Source of the DNA: Podarcis liolepis
Lineage: Eukaryota
Length of the DNA: 64,000 nt
Assembly: GCA_965112155.1 (NCBI GenBank)
Contig: OZ218105.1
Direction: 5' to 3' (one strand)
The notes under the pieces are model-generated. The model was not told the DNA's origin. It made no database searches and saw nothing but the letters and a program-made list of their open reading frames with translations. Position 1 is the first letter of the stretch; each line of letters begins with the position of its first letter. The position numbers and the translations under genes were made by a program. Below, piece by piece: positions 62,004 to 64,000 of this stretch.

Positions 62004-63587
62004 GTAGGTAAGAGGAAATGAGAGAGAATATATCTCCAGGAATTTCACATTATAAACCCAAACAAAAAACTTCAACAAATCTTATTTTTGTCCTGTGTAT
62101 GTAGATTTTAAAAATGCAAATACTTCATCTAGCTCAAGGCAATCTTCATGGGATTAAACTAGGGTTGCCACTGCATTATTTTCCTGAATGAGGCTCTATG
62201 CATTTCACAGCTGCATGGCAGACAGGGAGCCTCTTTTCCTATTGCTAAATGTCAATGCTAGAAATGCTGCTCTTGTTGAACTTTGTCATGCAGATGTTAA
62301 TGCATAGGGCTTTTACTGGAGGGTGGTGGGGGTGGGGGTGTCGAGGTTGTAACCTTAGATTAAGCAAATGATTTAAGAAAAATTATCTTAAAGTCAACAT
62401 TTTCCAGAATCCTTTGAAATGTATTTGGACCCTTCTGATTTCCTGAATCTAGGAGAAGATCCTGCCAAAGTAGATACTGTTAGTTTCAATATAGAAGAGC
62501 AAACTTGCTTATTTTCTTCTCAGAGCAGTTTTCCTTCTGTGAAATGGGTTTTTTGTTGCTGCTGCTCTTTGTGAGGTTTGGTATTTGGGGCTCAGCCTCA
62601 ATCTTTGTCTTGAACTCAGTTTCTTCAGAAGTTATTTGACTTTTGTGACAAGGAGGGTCCCCTTGGCAGCCATTATTAAACATGGCTGCCCATTTTATGG
62701 TGTTCACAGCACTTACATTTCCAGATGTGGCCCAGGGCTCTAAAAGGCTGATGACCCCTGAATTAGTTTGTGGCTAATAAAGGAAGCCATGAAGGTCACT
62801 GGCTGACTTTGAGCCAGTGATGACTTTCTCTGTTCCTCCTACCTGTCTCGATTGGCTACAACTTCTATCCTCAAAATCTTGTCAAGTCTTTAAGGAAGGG
62901 ATGGAAAACTTGTGGCCTTCCAGATGTTGCTGGATTCCAGTTCCCACCCTCCCTGAACATTGCTCATGCTGTCTGGGGGGGGGGTGAGTTGGAGTCTAAC
63001 AGTGTTTGGATGACCACATGTTTCCCCACCCCTGTTTTGTTTTGTTTTTAAATCCCAATCTAGAATATTTATGGAACAGATCATTTTAGTTTTAGAACTT
63101 TTGTTTCCTGTTGTTTTGCAATATGATTCACACAGTTAAGGAAATTGTTATTTCTTTTCTTAACATCTTGGCCACAAGTGAGGATACTTCTGTCGTGCTT
63201 CAATCTCATTGATTTCAGTGTAATTTAAATGTGTGGAATTTAAGTGTTCGAATATGTACATTTTTAAAAGAGAATGTTTATTTCCTTTCCTTTAGATGCA
63301 TTTTACCTGAGGCCATTGCACTACTTTTTTGACCAGTTATCTTGGATTGATGCATTCCTGTGAAATTCCTATTGTAAGGGAATCTGGGGTCACAACAATA
63401 TAAGTTCTCATCAAATGCCAACAAAATGTCATAAAACTGAAGAACCATGTTGGTTTTTGATGGTGTTTGAGTTTCTGAAACAGCAGGACAGAACTAGGCT
63501 AACCCTCAAACTCCCATGGGCATGGGAGGTGATAGGGGCTTGAGCATATAGCCCAGCCTTTGCTAACCTGGTGTCCTCTAGATGTTT

Positions 63588-63840
63588 TGAGAGCCAGTGT
63601 GGTGTAGTGGTTAAGAGCGGTAGTCTTGTAATCTGGAGAACCGGGTTCGCGTCTCCGCTCCTCCACATGCAGCTGCTGGGTGACCTTGGGCCAGTCACAC
63701 TTCTTTGAAGTCTCTCAGCCTCACTCACCTCACAGGGTGCTTGTTGTGGGGGAGGAAGGGAAAGGAGAATGTTAGCCACTTTGAGACTCCTTAAAGGGAG
63801 TGAAAGGCGGGATATCAAGTCCAAACTCTTCTTCTTCTTT
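63588..63840 (+). mobile_element. Young tRNA-derived CORE-type SINE
   Basis: A box tggtgtagtggtt, B-box-like gggttcgcgtctc, gtgaccttgggccagtcac core, (TCT)n tail. Confidence 0.85.
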
Positions 63841-64000
63841 TTCTTTTGTGCTGACTAGGACTGATAAGTGTTGCAGTCCAAAACATCTGAAAGGCACCAG
63901 GTTGACAAAGGTTCTTATAGCCCAGTTTTGGCCATGCAGAGATAACATAGTAAAGGTCTGGCAGGGGAGTGCTTGTTTGATTGACAACCGGTTGATAAAC

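Noticed and set aside
63590-63670. tRNA-like A/B boxes (also 41720, 48560-48650, 29790-29850)
   Set aside because: SINE heads followed by CORE or LINE-derived tails; no complete cloverleaf

Overview
Vertebrate genomic DNA, most likely a squamate (lizard): it carries a full-length Sauria SINE plus CR1, L2, L1, hAT, Tc1/mariner and Penelope repeats. There are two protein-coding genes, both on the + strand. The first is the 3' half of NCOA2 (SRC-2/TIF2/GRIP1): 14 exons at 608-24956, ending KYC*, followed by a long 3'UTR with two assembly gaps. The second is the complete PRDM14 gene: TATA promoter at about 38830, exons at 38860-49147, pre-SET motif, PR/SET domain and six C2H2 fingers, inside a roughly 13-kb CpG-rich domain. 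This order matches the known amniote NCOA2-PRDM14 synteny. The most interesting non-routine signals are: (a) a young Penelope-like palindromic insertion with a minimal hammerhead ribozyme on each strand (61760-62003); (b) a Pack-type hAT element that appears to have captured the 5'UTR, start codon and polyQ N-terminus of a host gene (59562-60088); (c) a frameshifted fossil of an ancestral NCOA2 exon extension (21418-21610); (d) a candidate NCOA2 poison microexon (317-345); (e) an 84-nt, in-frame, stop-free PRDM14 intron 1 that changes the uORF and N-terminal outcome. All coordinates were read by hand, no database searches were run, and comparisons to orthologues are from recall.
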